From positions 96,001-160,000 of the forward strand of contig JAYYZJ010000012.1 of NCBI GenBank assembly GCA_036340075.1: DNA of 64,000 bases. Reading direction: 5' to 3'. Position 1 is the first letter of the stretch. Each line of letters begins with the position of its first letter. A program made the translations under genes and the position numbers. Below, in pieces: positions 1 through 9,592 of the stretch. The DNA comes from Thermodesulfobacteriota bacterium. Lineage in GTDB: Bacteria; Desulfobacterota_D; UBA1144. The notes beneath the pieces are model-generated. The model had not been told where the DNA came from. It worked only from the letters and a program-made list of their open reading frames with translations, and did not search any database.

Positions 1-1
1 A

Positions 2-739
2 ACATCGCATAGAGCTCATGCATCAACTTATGGAATGGCTAAAGGTTTTGATACAAAGCTAGCCGGATTCCTGGTTGATAAAGAACTTAATTATATTGCC
101 AAAATGATGGAAGAACCCGTACATCCTTTTCTAGTAATAATAGGTGGTGCAAAAATTAATGACAAAATGATTGCGATGGGAAACCTTTTAGAGAAAGCAG
201 ATAAAATTATAATTGCTGCTGGTGCTGCATATACCTTTATGAAAGCCAAAGGAGAAAAGATAGGAAATTCAATTTTTGATGAAAAAATGATTAGCTGGGC
301 AGCTGAGGTTCACGATAAGTATAAAGATAAGATAGTTCTACCTGTTGATCATTTAGTTTCAGAATCTATAGGTAACACCGATTCTTGTCTTATTGTAAAT
401 TCAGATATACCCGATGGTTTTAGTGGTTTCGATATAGGGCCAAAAACTATAGAGTTGTTTAATTCTTTAATAAAAGCTCCAGGCTATATATTTTGGAATG
501 GACCTATGGGGGTTTTTGAATCTGAAACATTTTCATCAGGAACCATACATGTTGCGAGAGCTGTAGCATTAGCTACATTAAGAGGTGCTACTTCAGTTGT
601 TGGAGGAGGAGAGACAATTGCTGCTATAAGAAAGGCAGAGGTTCTGGAATCAGAAATCTCTCATATGTCGACCGGTGGCGGAGCATTACTTGAATATATT
701 GGTGGCGTAAACCTGCCGGGTATAGAAATTCTCGATTAA
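2..739 (+). CDS. pgk: Phosphoglycerate kinase (5'-truncated by window edge)
   Basis: Frame is open from base 2 ([11 protein letters not shown]...). Contains [29 protein letters not shown] and [12 protein letters not shown] motifs. Confidence 0.97.
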   Translation, partial: TSHRAHASTYGMAKGFDTKLAGFLVDKELNYIAKMMEEPVHPFLVIIGGAKINDKMIAMGNLLEKADKIIIAAGAAYTFMKAKGEKIGNSIFDEKMISWAAEVHDKYKDKIVLPVDHLVSESIGNTDSCLIVNSDIPDGFSGFDIGPKTIELFNSLIKAPGYIFWNGPMGVFESETFSSGTIHVARAVALATLRGATSVVGGGETIAAIRKAEVLESEISHMSTGGGALLEYIGGVNLPGIEILD

Positions 740-756
740 TATTTTATAATTCAATC

Positions 757-1833
757 ATGGCGAAGTCTCGCTCGACTAGAGATATATCTTGGATTGAAGA
801 ACTTTTAGGGGACGAATGTTCCTACTTATTGAATCACAATTGCACAAGTGTCAGCTCAAAGAGCATCCTTGCTCCCGGACCTAATTTTGTAGATGAGGTT
901 GTTAAAGAATCAGATAGATCAAATATAGTCTTAAGGAATTTTCAAATGCTTTTTAATCATGGAAGGCTAAGTGGTACAGGATATTTGTCAATACTTCCTG
1001 TTGATCAAGGAATTGAACATTCTGCAGGAGCTTCTTTTGCGCCCAACCCGGAGTATTTCGACCCAGAAAATTTAGTCAAGTTAGCAATTGAAGGTGGATG
1101 TAGTGCTGTTGCTTCAACGCTTGGTATGCTCGGATCGGTATCTCGTAAATATGCTCACAAGATTCCTTTTATAGTAAAATTAAATCATAATGAATTTCTT
1201 ACCTATCCAAACGAATATGATCAAACACCATTTGCATCTGTAGATCAAGCTTTCAACATGGGAGCAATTGGTATTGGAGCAACAATATATTTTGGTTCGA
1301 AGGAAAGCAAAAGACAGATTCAAGAAGTATCCCAAATGTTTGAGTATGCACATTCTCTAGGTTTGGTTACAATTTTATGGGCTTATTTACGCAATGAGGA
1401 TTTTAAGAAAGATTCAAAAGATTATCATGTTTCAGCAGATTTGACTGGACAAGCTAATCACCTTGCAGCAACCTTACAGGCGGATATTGTCAAACAGAAG
1501 CTTGCAGAAACTAATAATGGTTTTGTTGATATAAATTTTGGACGTACACATAAAAAGGTATATTCAGAACTTACAACAGATCACCCAATTGATTTAAATA
1601 GATACCAGGTTTTAAATTGCTTCCTTGGTCGCGCTGGATTAATTAATTCGGGTGGAGCCTCTGGGGAGAATGATATTCAACAGGCGGTTAAAACCGCGAT
1701 TATTAATAAAAGAGCTGGCGGCATGGGTCTTATAACAGGTAGAAAAGCATTTCAGAAAAGCATGAAAGATGGAGTAGAAATATTAAATGCTGTGCAAGAT
1801 GTTTACCTAAATAAATTAATCAAATTAGCGTAA
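757..1833 (+). CDS. fbaB: Class I fructose-bisphosphate aldolase (FbaB/DhnA type)
   Basis: [27 protein letters not shown] (Schiff-base Lys) and [17 protein letters not shown] motifs. Confidence 0.95.
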   Translation: MAKSRSTRDISWIEELLGDECSYLLNHNCTSVSSKSILAPGPNFVDEVVKESDRSNIVLRNFQMLFNHGRLSGTGYLSILPVDQGIEHSAGASFAPNPEYFDPENLVKLAIEGGCSAVASTLGMLGSVSRKYAHKIPFIVKLNHNEFLTYPNEYDQTPFASVDQAFNMGAIGIGATIYFGSKESKRQIQEVSQMFEYAHSLGLVTILWAYLRNEDFKKDSKDYHVSADLTGQANHLAATLQADIVKQKLAETNNGFVDINFGRTHKKVYSELTTDHPIDLNRYQVLNCFLGRAGLINSGGASGENDIQQAVKTAIINKRAGGMGLITGRKAFQKSMKDGVEILNAVQDVYLNKLIKLA

Positions 1834-2835
1834 TCACAATATTTTTTTCATATAAGACATAACATTCTTGACCATATCATTTGAACCTATAAAAATTTCA
1901 GATTTTTGATGGATTTCTTTTGGTTTACTATCTAAAATTCTTTCGTCTCTATTAAAAGCTAAGCCACCAGCTTGCTCTATTATGAAAGCCATTGGATTGC
2001 ATTCGTATAGCAACCTAAGTTTCCCTTGAGGGGCTCTTTTTGATTTAGAGTATATGAATAGACCGCCCTTCAACAAGCTCCTATGAATATCAGCAACCAT
2101 CGAACCAACATATCTTAATGAATAAGGACGACCTGTCTCGGAATCTTCTTGTTCGCACCACTTTATATAATCCTGAAGTTCAATCGGAAATTCATAATAA
2201 TTGCCTTGGTTAACCGAATACATTCTAGCCTTTTTTGGTATTTTTATATCTTTATGTGATAAGTAGAATTCTTGAACCAAAGGATCCAAAGTAAATGCAT
2301 CAACACCTTTTCCAACAGTGAGAACATATATAGTTGAAGAACCATAAATGATATATCCAGCAGCAACTTGCTTCGAACCCTTCTGTAGAAAATCTTTGGT
2401 AGTAATATTTTTTTTGATTGAATTTCTTTTAAATATAGAGAAGATAGTACCAACAGGAACATTGACATCTATATTTGATGAGCCGTCTAGAGGGTCTATT
2501 GCTACAATGTACTGAGAATTTTTAGACATCTTATCATTAAAGACAACTATTTTGTCAATTTCTTCAGACACTATGCCCGCACAATTGCCACCTTGTTTTA
2601 AAGAATTAATAAAAAGATCATTCGCAATTATGTCCAATTTTTTAACTACTTCCCCATGGACATTTTTGGTTCCAGAGGCATCACCAAGAATCCTATTTAA
2701 ACCCGCACTATTCAGTTCTTTGCTAACTTGTCTAGCTGCAAGCTTGATATCCTTAAGTAGCGAAATAAGTTCACGGTTTTTATCCCCTATCAGTTTATTC
2801 TTAAGTAAGTATTGGTATGCAGTAAGCTTTTCCAT
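1834..2835 (-). CDS. fbp: Fructose-1,6-bisphosphatase class 1
   Basis: SEE, IDPLDGSSNID, RYVGSMVADIHR and GKLRLLYECNP motifs. ATG at 2835 preferred over GTG at 2853. Confidence 0.95.
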   Translation of the reverse strand: MEKLTAYQYLLKNKLIGDKNRELISLLKDIKLAARQVSKELNSAGLNRILGDASGTKNVHGEVVKKLDIIANDLFINSLKQGGNCAGIVSEEIDKIVVFNDKMSKNSQYIVAIDPLDGSSNIDVNVPVGTIFSIFKRNSIKKNITTKDFLQKGSKQVAAGYIIYGSSTIYVLTVGKGVDAFTLDPLVQEFYLSHKDIKIPKKARMYSVNQGNYYEFPIELQDYIKWCEQEDSETGRPYSLRYVGSMVADIHRSLLKGGLFIYSKSKRAPQGKLRLLYECNPMAFIIEQAGGLAFNRDERILDSKPKEIHQKSEIFIGSNDMVKNVMSYMKKIL

Positions 2836-2853
2836 TAAGTTAAAATCATACAC

Positions 2854-3297
2854 TTATATATCTAAAAAAAAAGATAGATAACTTTGAATTTTGAAATACA
2901 GTAAAGATTCAGAACCATAAATTTTGCTTGTTATGATTAAGAAAATATAACCAATACAGCTACCAGCTATAAATCCTAGGATGGCTCCAAAAACTCTATT
3001 TATTAAACCAAGATTTATAGATTTAATTAAAGCCTCAGTCAATACAAATAGAACTTTAAAAAAAAGATAAAGCAAGATATAGATAAAGATGCCAACAACT
3101 AGTTCTGACCCAGCACCAGAATAAAAATCAAATTCTTTTTCCAGATATAATTGAAAGATATCAAGCCCTATATAAGTAATCAAAAGAGGTATTAAAAGGG
3201 TGAAGAATTTAGAAAATGATGCTACAAATCCAACAAAAAAACCAAAAAAACTCATCACACAAATCAAAGAAATAAAAATTACATCATACAAAGTCAT
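2854..3297 (-). CDS. CvpA (colicin V production) family membrane protein
   Basis: 4-TM hydrophobic pattern; N-terminal YDVIF...GFFVGFV; LINRVFGAILGFIAG resembles the CvpA 'DRxLGxxFG' motif. Confidence 0.75.
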   Translation of the reverse strand: MTLYDVIFISLICVMSFFGFFVGFVASFSKFFTLLIPLLITYIGLDIFQLYLEKEFDFYSGAGSELVVGIFIYILLYLFFKVLFVLTEALIKSINLGLINRVFGAILGFIAGSCIGYIFLIITSKIYGSESLLYFKIQSYLSFFLDI

Positions 3298-3394
3298 GGT
3301 TAATTACCGCATATATGAGAATTTACCAGAAAGTCTCAGTTTTCTTTAGTATCAATCTATAGTTTTAATTCGTCAATGATAAAATCATCTTATT

Positions 3395-3422
3395 TTGACT
3401 TATTACTTTTTTCTGATAAGTT
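3395..3422 (+). promoter_or_regulatory. Putative sigma70 promoter (leaderless) for polyprenyl synthase
   Basis: TTGACT (3395-3400), 16 bp spacer, TG-n-TAAGTT (3417-3422); ATG follows 6 nt later with no SD. Confidence 0.5.
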
Positions 3423-3428
3423 ACAAAA

Positions 3429-4409
3429 ATGGATTATGGCTCAATTTTTTTACCCATAAGAAAACACCTTTTATCTGTAGAAAAAGAATTAAAAAATCAG
3501 ATTCCTACAGGAGTACCACTTTCTAAAGAAATATTGAAACACTTATTACTTAGGCCAGGAAAAAGATTAAGACCCTCAATAGTTCTTCTTTCAGCTCTTT
3601 CCGTAAACAATAGAATTAATAAAAATATAATATTTGCATCTGCTGCTGTAGAGTTGTTACACAATGCTTCAATAATTCATGACGATATTGTTGATGAGGC
3701 AAAATTAAGGAGAGGAGTAAAGTCTGCAAATAACATTTGGGGTGACCATGCAACTGTTTTAGCTGGAGATTATTTATTGGCAAAATCTTTATTCTTAATT
3801 AATAAGAGTAAAAATCCAGCTGTAATGTCTTCTGTAACTGCAGCTGCCTCTGAATTAGCAAACGGTCAAATATTAGACATTATGTTATCAAAAAGAGAAA
3901 TCCCTTTTAACGAGAAAATTTATTTTAAAATGATTAATTTAAAAACGGCCTCACTTATTTCTTCATCAAGCGAGATTGGAGCTATGTTAAGTGGTGCAAA
4001 TAGGTCGACAGTAAACTCAATGAGGAAGTATGGTGTAAGCTTAGGCATATCTTATCAGTTAATTGATGATGTACTTGATTTTATAGGTGATTCAAAGAAT
4101 ATGGGAAAAAAAGCTATGAGTGATATTAAAGAAGGCAAGGTAAGCTTGCCAATGCTAATTTGCTTAAAAAACCTTAAAAAAAGCGAATCTTACAAGCCAA
4201 AAAATATTCTAATCAATAAAAATTTTAATAGAAGTAATTTAAGTTTTCTCTATAATTTAGTTCTTGATTCAGAAGCGATTGAAGAAACTATTAGAATAGC
4301 TAATAATTATTCACTAAAGGCTGTGTCATCATTAAAAAATTTAAAAGACAGCAAATTTAAGGAAGCATTAATTAATTTAGCAAGAGTTAATTCAAGTAGG
4401 ATGTATTGA
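3429..4409 (+). CDS. ispB: Polyprenyl diphosphate synthase (IspB-like)
   Basis: GKRLRP, HDDIVDEAKLRRG (FARM), LKTASL and QLIDDVLD (SARM) motifs. Confidence 0.9.
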   Translation: MDYGSIFLPIRKHLLSVEKELKNQIPTGVPLSKEILKHLLLRPGKRLRPSIVLLSALSVNNRINKNIIFASAAVELLHNASIIHDDIVDEAKLRRGVKSANNIWGDHATVLAGDYLLAKSLFLINKSKNPAVMSSVTAAASELANGQILDIMLSKREIPFNEKIYFKMINLKTASLISSSSEIGAMLSGANRSTVNSMRKYGVSLGISYQLIDDVLDFIGDSKNMGKKAMSDIKEGKVSLPMLICLKNLKKSESYKPKNILINKNFNRSNLSFLYNLVLDSEAIEETIRIANNYSLKAVSSLKNLKDSKFKEALINLARVNSSRMY

Positions 4410-6037
4410 AGGTGAAAAAGAAAGATTGGGAAAAAAAATTTAAAGAAAAGATAAAGGAAAGAAAAGAAAACTTTTCTACCACTTCTGGTATAAAGATTGA
4501 TAGATTTTATACTCAAGATGACATAAGTAACAATCTAGACGAGAAGAACTCCTTGCCAGGAAATTTCCCCTTTGCTAGAGGTGTTCAGCCCACTATGTAC
4601 CGGGGCAGGTTGTGGACCATGCGACAATACGCTGGATTTGGATCAGCCGAAGAAACAAATAAAAGATTTAAATATCTATTAGAAAAAGGACAAACTGGCC
4701 TAAGTGTAGCTTTTGATTTGCCCACACAAATGGGGTACGACTCAGATGCTGAAATTAGTAAGGGAGAAGTCGGAAAGGTTGGTGTAGCCATTGATTCTCT
4801 TGAAGATATGGAAACTCTTCTTAAAGATATCCCCTTAGATCAAGTCTCAACTTCTATGACTATCAATGCAACAGCATCAATGTTATTAGCAATGTATATA
4901 ACAGCAGCAGATAAACAAGGAGTATCTTCAGATAAAATTATGGGGACTATCCAAAATGACTTACTTAAAGAGTTCATAGCTAGAGGTACATATGCATTCC
5001 CACCAGAACCATCCGTCAAGCTAACAGTTGACATCATGGAATTCTGTAAGGATTATGCACCAAGGTGGAACCCAATTAGTGTTAGTGGTTATCATATAAG
5101 AGAGGCTGGCTCTACAGCTGTCCAAGAATTAGCTTTTATGATTGCAGATGCAATTGAATATTTGGAAATTGCTAAATCAAGAAATATAGATGTTGAACAA
5201 ATTTGTAAACGAGTATCCTTTTTCTTCGCTGTTCACAATAACTTTTTCGAAGAAATTGCCAAATATAGAGCCGCAAGACGCATTTGGGCAAATTTACTAA
5301 GAAATAATTTTGGAGTAATGGATGATAACGCATGCAAGTTTAGAGTACATTCCCAAACTGGTGGAGTAACACTTACTGCACAACAACCCTTAAATAATAT
5401 TGTAAGGACTGGAATGCAAGCTATGGCGGCAGTACTAGGAGGAACGCAATCATTACATACAAATTCTTTTGATGAGGCGTTGGGATTACCTACAGAGGAA
5501 TCAGCAATAATTGCTCTAAGAACCCAACAGATTATTGGATACGAATCAGAAGTTGCAGATTCAATTGATCCTTTAGCTGGATCTTTTTTCATTGAAAACT
5601 TAACTGATGAGATAGAAGAAAAAGTATATGAGTATCTAGAGATTATTAAAGATAAAGGTGGCATGATTAAATGTATAGAGGAAAATTATATTCAATCTGA
5701 AATTGAGAACTCTGCCTACAACTTCCAAATTGAACTTGAGAAAAAGGATAGAGTTGTTGTGGGAGTTAATGATTTTGCAGATGTTGAAGAGAAATTGCCA
5801 CCCATACAAGAAATTGATCCTAACTTAGAATTGAACCAAATTGAAAAATTAAAGAGTTTACGCAAAAAACGAGATTCAAATAAAGTTAAAATTTGTTTAG
5901 ATAATTTAGAAGATGCCGCAAAAAAAGAAAAAAATCTTATGCCCTTTATTTTAGAGGCTGTTAAAGAGTATTGTACAATAGGTGAAATGACATCTGCTCT
6001 TGAGACAGTTTATGGAAGATTTAAGGGCTCAGGGTAA
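4406..6037 (+). CDS. Methylmalonyl-CoA mutase, large (substrate-binding) subunit
   Basis: WTMRQYAGF, GLSVAFDLPTQMGYDSD, QNDLLKEFIARGTY, SGYHIREAG and QSLHTNSFDEA motifs; no C-terminal B12-binding DxHxxG domain. Confidence 0.93.
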   Translation: MKVKKKDWEKKFKEKIKERKENFSTTSGIKIDRFYTQDDISNNLDEKNSLPGNFPFARGVQPTMYRGRLWTMRQYAGFGSAEETNKRFKYLLEKGQTGLSVAFDLPTQMGYDSDAEISKGEVGKVGVAIDSLEDMETLLKDIPLDQVSTSMTINATASMLLAMYITAADKQGVSSDKIMGTIQNDLLKEFIARGTYAFPPEPSVKLTVDIMEFCKDYAPRWNPISVSGYHIREAGSTAVQELAFMIADAIEYLEIAKSRNIDVEQICKRVSFFFAVHNNFFEEIAKYRAARRIWANLLRNNFGVMDDNACKFRVHSQTGGVTLTAQQPLNNIVRTGMQAMAAVLGGTQSLHTNSFDEALGLPTEESAIIALRTQQIIGYESEVADSIDPLAGSFFIENLTDEIEEKVYEYLEIIKDKGGMIKCIEENYIQSEIENSAYNFQIELEKKDRVVVGVNDFADVEEKLPPIQEIDPNLELNQIEKLKSLRKKRDSNKVKICLDNLEDAAKKEKNLMPFILEAVKEYCTIGEMTSALETVYGRFKGSG

Positions 6038-6469
6038 TTTCTTGCTCATTAGGACAGCGTTTTCTTTATATTCTTTGTAATAGTTTCTTCTTATACCATT
6101 TACTTTGTATCCTAATTTTTTATATAGAGTTATTGCAGAATTGTTACCTTCTCTGACCTCCAAAATAATTTTTTTTCTTTGTAATTGAATAGACAATTCC
6201 TCAATTTCTTTCATTAGTTCTTTTGCAATACCTATTTTCCTAAAGCTTTTTGACACTGCAATTTTTAATATTTCTACAAAATCCAGAGATTTTCTAGCAA
6301 ATATGTAACCAATTAATCTAGAATTCTTTTCAAAACCTAGGTTAATAGCATTAATATTATTGATTTCCATAACAATTTGATTCTTGGACCAATAATCTCT
6401 GAAGAATGACATTTCATACTTATAAATAGCATCAGTATCCCCCATCTCTACTTTTCTAATTCTATCCAT
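6029..6469 (-). CDS. rimI: Ribosomal protein S18 N-acetyltransferase (GNAT)
   Basis: IAVSKSFRKIGIAK, LEVREGNNSAITLYKKLGY and RRNYY...ENAVLM motifs. Confidence 0.88.
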   Translation of the reverse strand: MDRIRKVEMGDTDAIYKYEMSFFRDYWSKNQIVMEINNINAINLGFEKNSRLIGYIFARKSLDFVEILKIAVSKSFRKIGIAKELMKEIEELSIQLQRKKIILEVREGNNSAITLYKKLGYKVNGIRRNYYKEYKENAVLMSKKLP

Positions 6470-6492
6470 TATATAATAATAATTGATAACTC

Positions 6493-7227
6493 ATGAAAAA
6501 AGCATTGATAGTTTTAAGTGGAGGGCAAGATTCCACAACTTGTTTATTCTGGGCTATTAAGCAAGGATATTCTTGTTCGGCTATTACTTTTGACTATAAT
6601 CAATTACACAATATAGAGATTGAAAGTGCCAAAAAGATTTGTAAAATTGCTGATATTGATAACCATGAAATAATTAATATAGGATCAATATTTCAAGGGA
6701 ATTCACCTTTGACAAATTCTAAAAGGAGCTTAGAAACACATGAGGACATAAAAGAATTTGCTACGGGCATACAAAAAACCTTTGTCCCAGGACGGAATAT
6801 GCTTTTTTTATCAATAGCAGCTAACAGAGCATATTCACAAAATATTTCTACAGTTATTACGGGTGTATGCGAAGAGGATTTTGGTGGATACCCTGATTGT
6901 AGACAAGATTTTATTGACAGTATGGAAACAACAATAGGATTAGCTCTAGAGAGAGAAATTGAAATACTTGCACCTTTTATGTCTATGAAAAAATTCGAAA
7001 TTGTTAAACTCGCAAAAAGTTTGGATGAAACATGTTGGAAAGCATTGGCTTATACTCACACAAGTTATGATGGAAAATATCCACCTTCCTCTAAGGACCA
7101 TGCAAATATGTTGAGATCAAAAGCTTTTGAAGAAGCAAATTTACCTGATCCATTGGTATTAAGGGCTGTCTCAGAGAAGCTAATGCCTTTGCCTAAGAGT
7201 AAAAATTATGAAACTAAAAATAAGTGA
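6493..7227 (+). CDS. queC: 7-cyano-7-deazaguanine synthase (variant lacking Zn cysteines)
   Basis: SGGQDSTTC PP-loop, TFVPGRN and GYPDCR motifs; adjacent to queE. Confidence 0.93.
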   Translation: MKKALIVLSGGQDSTTCLFWAIKQGYSCSAITFDYNQLHNIEIESAKKICKIADIDNHEIINIGSIFQGNSPLTNSKRSLETHEDIKEFATGIQKTFVPGRNMLFLSIAANRAYSQNISTVITGVCEEDFGGYPDCRQDFIDSMETTIGLALEREIEILAPFMSMKKFEIVKLAKSLDETCWKALAYTHTSYDGKYPPSSKDHANMLRSKAFEEANLPDPLVLRAVSEKLMPLPKSKNYETKNK

Positions 7228-7852
7228 AATTTTCTATTCTATACAAGGAGAAGGCCGTCAGGTTGGTGTTCCTACAACTTTTGTTAGACTTTTTGGATGT
7301 AATTTAAGATGTACGTGGTGCGATTCCATGTACGCAGTAGAAGGAAAAGATTACAGTTTGTTGAGTATAGACACCGTAATAAATAGAATAGAAGAAATAA
7401 ATTGTCAAAATATTTGTGTAACGGGAGGAGAGCCTTTGTTGCAGCAAAGGGCTTTAGTTCAACTTGTAGACAAGTTATTACAAAGAAATTTTGACATCTT
7501 GCTTGAAACAGCTGGACATATAGAGCCAGATGAAATCTTCAAAAATAAAAAAGTTGTTATTAGCATGGATTGTAAATGTCCTTCTTCAAAAATGGACGAT
7601 AAAATTAACATTAATATCTTAAAAAAGCTACAAAAGAAAGATCAAATCAAATTTGTTATAAAAGATAAAGAGGATTATAGCTATGCAAAAAAAATAGTTA
7701 TAAAAGAACAATTTCAAGCTAAGATTGTTTTTCAGCCTGTATATGGAACACCTATATCTTTAATAGCAGATTTAGTCTTGAAGGATAATCTTCCTGTTAG
7801 AGTTTTGCCTCAACTACACAAGTCTATATGGGGGAACAAAAGGGGTGTTTAG
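7208..7852 (+). CDS. queE: 7-carboxy-7-deazaguanine synthase (radical SAM)
   Basis: EIFYSIQGEG, CNLRCTWCD (CxxxCxxC), TGGEP and QLHK motifs. Confidence 0.93.
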   Translation: MKLKISEIFYSIQGEGRQVGVPTTFVRLFGCNLRCTWCDSMYAVEGKDYSLLSIDTVINRIEEINCQNICVTGGEPLLQQRALVQLVDKLLQRNFDILLETAGHIEPDEIFKNKKVVISMDCKCPSSKMDDKININILKKLQKKDQIKFVIKDKEDYSYAKKIVIKEQFQAKIVFQPVYGTPISLIADLVLKDNLPVRVLPQLHKSIWGNKRGV

Positions 7853-8160
7853 TCCTCACAGTCCTTACAAGTACATAGTTCTCTTAGTCTTTGATAGGTA
7901 AATATTCCGGTTTCATGTCCATCTCCCCATTTGAATTGAATTCCATATTGTCCAACTTTCTGAAAGCTAGTAATTCTATAACTATCAGGAGGTAAAAGGG
8001 ATATAGATTTTTTAAAACCCTCTCTTGCTGTCCTGCATGTAGCACATGGGCAAGAATTCCTTATGTCTTTTATTACTAGATAACTTAAGTGAGAATCGTT
8101 CCATAAGATTGATAGAACTTCATCGTTTAGAAGTTTGAATTCTTTTATGTCTATACTCAT
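7849..8160 (-). CDS. DUF971 / GBBH-N-like small metal-binding protein
   Basis: IxWND, RNSCPCATC, VGQYGIQFKWGDGHETGIFTYQRLR pattern, plus C-terminal CTCKDC. Confidence 0.8.
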   Translation of the reverse strand: MSIDIKEFKLLNDEVLSILWNDSHLSYLVIKDIRNSCPCATCRTAREGFKKSISLLPPDSYRITSFQKVGQYGIQFKWGDGHETGIFTYQRLRELCTCKDCED

Positions 8161-8175
8161 GATAAAATAAAATCA

Positions 8176-8916
8176 ATGATTAATAATACTTTAATTGAAT
8201 CTATGATCCAAAACAATCCAATAGCATTAATAATAGAAAAAAATTTTTACAAACAAGGGAAATATGAAGCTCTATTTGCTTATGAAAAAAGACCGTCAAT
8301 AAAAGATTTTAGAACCAGCGAAGAAACAAGAAATAAATATTTCTTAAATCTTGGAGTAATATTAAAAGACGACTATCCATTTAAAATTTCTGATAGGTAT
8401 AGCAAGATTCTTGATATTAAAAAGTCACCTGTTGTATCCGGGATTATAAACCTTAATATCGATGGAATCTTAAAGCTAGAGGATCCATCAAATATAATAG
8501 ACTTAGAAGGGAATATCAGCTGGCTATATTGTTCAACTTGTGGAATGGATAAAAGTATGGAGTCAGTAATAAATAATCAAGATGAGATTGTTTGCATTGG
8601 TTGTAATAATAATATTCTAAAACCTAGTATCCCATTCCAGGGCCAAGATATTGCAGAATGGGACTATAGAGACTCATGGATGCTCTTAAACGGATGCGAA
8701 TCTCTTGTAGTTTTATCTACAGAAATTATATCGCCAATAACATACTCGTTTATCGAGATAGCGGCTAAAAGAAACAAAGAAATATATATTGCAAAAGAAA
8801 CAGGTAATAAGTACGAGGATTTAGATGCTGATATGACTAATGTTAATTTTCTTGACTACTCTGTAGATGCTTTCTTGGATATAATGATAGAATCCTTGGG
8901 TAATAAAATTTTATAA
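8176..8916 (+). CDS. Degenerate Sir2/CobB-family protein (probable pseudoenzyme)
   Basis: Colinear with sirtuins: NLNIDG (for TQNIDG), IDLEGN (for IELHG), CSTC...CIGC Zn ribbon, ILKPSIPFQG (for LKPxVVxFGE). NAD-binding GAG and GTS motifs are absent. Confidence 0.7.
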   Translation: MINNTLIESMIQNNPIALIIEKNFYKQGKYEALFAYEKRPSIKDFRTSEETRNKYFLNLGVILKDDYPFKISDRYSKILDIKKSPVVSGIINLNIDGILKLEDPSNIIDLEGNISWLYCSTCGMDKSMESVINNQDEIVCIGCNNNILKPSIPFQGQDIAEWDYRDSWMLLNGCESLVVLSTEIISPITYSFIEIAAKRNKEIYIAKETGNKYEDLDADMTNVNFLDYSVDAFLDIMIESLGNKIL

Positions 8917-8918
8917 AG

Positions 8919-9587
8919 ATGAAGATAAGATTAGTAAGTTATTCGAAAGCCACAGAAGAGTTTAACAACGAAGGTATCTCTAATGTTCAAGATTTGATAG
9001 CCTTTTGTGCCAGGGTATCTAATCCGTCTAATCAAGTAAATAACGAAACAAGTGAAAGATTAATTAATTATTTAATTTCTAACAAACACTGGTCCCCTCT
9101 TGAGATGGTAAGTGCTTGTATAGAGATTGAAACAACCCGTGATATAGCTAGACAAATCTTAAGGCATAGATCTTTCAGTTTTCAAGAGTTTAGCCAACGG
9201 TATGCTGATCCAACCAAAGACTTATCTTTCGTTACCAGAGAAGCTAGATTACAAGATAAAAAAAATCGACAAAATTCTATTGAAACTGAAGATAACGAAC
9301 TTATAGAAGAATGGAATAAAAAGCAAGCACAAGTTATAGAATTGGCAAAAGAGAATTATAAATGGGCAATTGAGAATGGTATTGCTAAAGAGCAAGCTCG
9401 ATCTGTTCTTCCAGAAGGGAATACTGTTAGTAGAATGTATATGAATGGAACATTGAGAAGCTGGGTGCATTATATTGAACTAAGAAGTGGTCATGGGACT
9501 CAGAAAGAACATATGGACATAGCCATTGCAATAGCAAAAGTAATAAGTGAGATTTTTCCTATGGCTAAGAGTATTGCTCAAATATAA
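8919..9587 (+). CDS. thyX: Flavin-dependent thymidylate synthase
   Basis: HWSPLE, RQILRHRSFSFQEFSQRY (RHRx7SxR motif) and ARSVLPEG. Confidence 0.96.
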   Translation: MKIRLVSYSKATEEFNNEGISNVQDLIAFCARVSNPSNQVNNETSERLINYLISNKHWSPLEMVSACIEIETTRDIARQILRHRSFSFQEFSQRYADPTKDLSFVTREARLQDKKNRQNSIETEDNELIEEWNKKQAQVIELAKENYKWAIENGIAKEQARSVLPEGNTVSRMYMNGTLRSWVHYIELRSGHGTQKEHMDIAIAIAKVISEIFPMAKSIAQI

Positions 9588-9592
9588 TTTTA

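Noticed and set aside
6493..7852. queC-queE (with queF at 34907) as a 7-deazaguanine DNA-modification or defence island
   Set aside because: No dpdA, tgt paralogue, helicase or nuclease nearby; queF points to ordinary tRNA queuosine synthesis.
8176..8916. Sir2 protein as an anti-phage NADase (Thoeris, DSR, Sir2-HerA, pAgo-associated)
   Set aside because: It has the CobB-type Zn ribbon, lacks NAD-binding motifs and has no defence partner genes adjacent.
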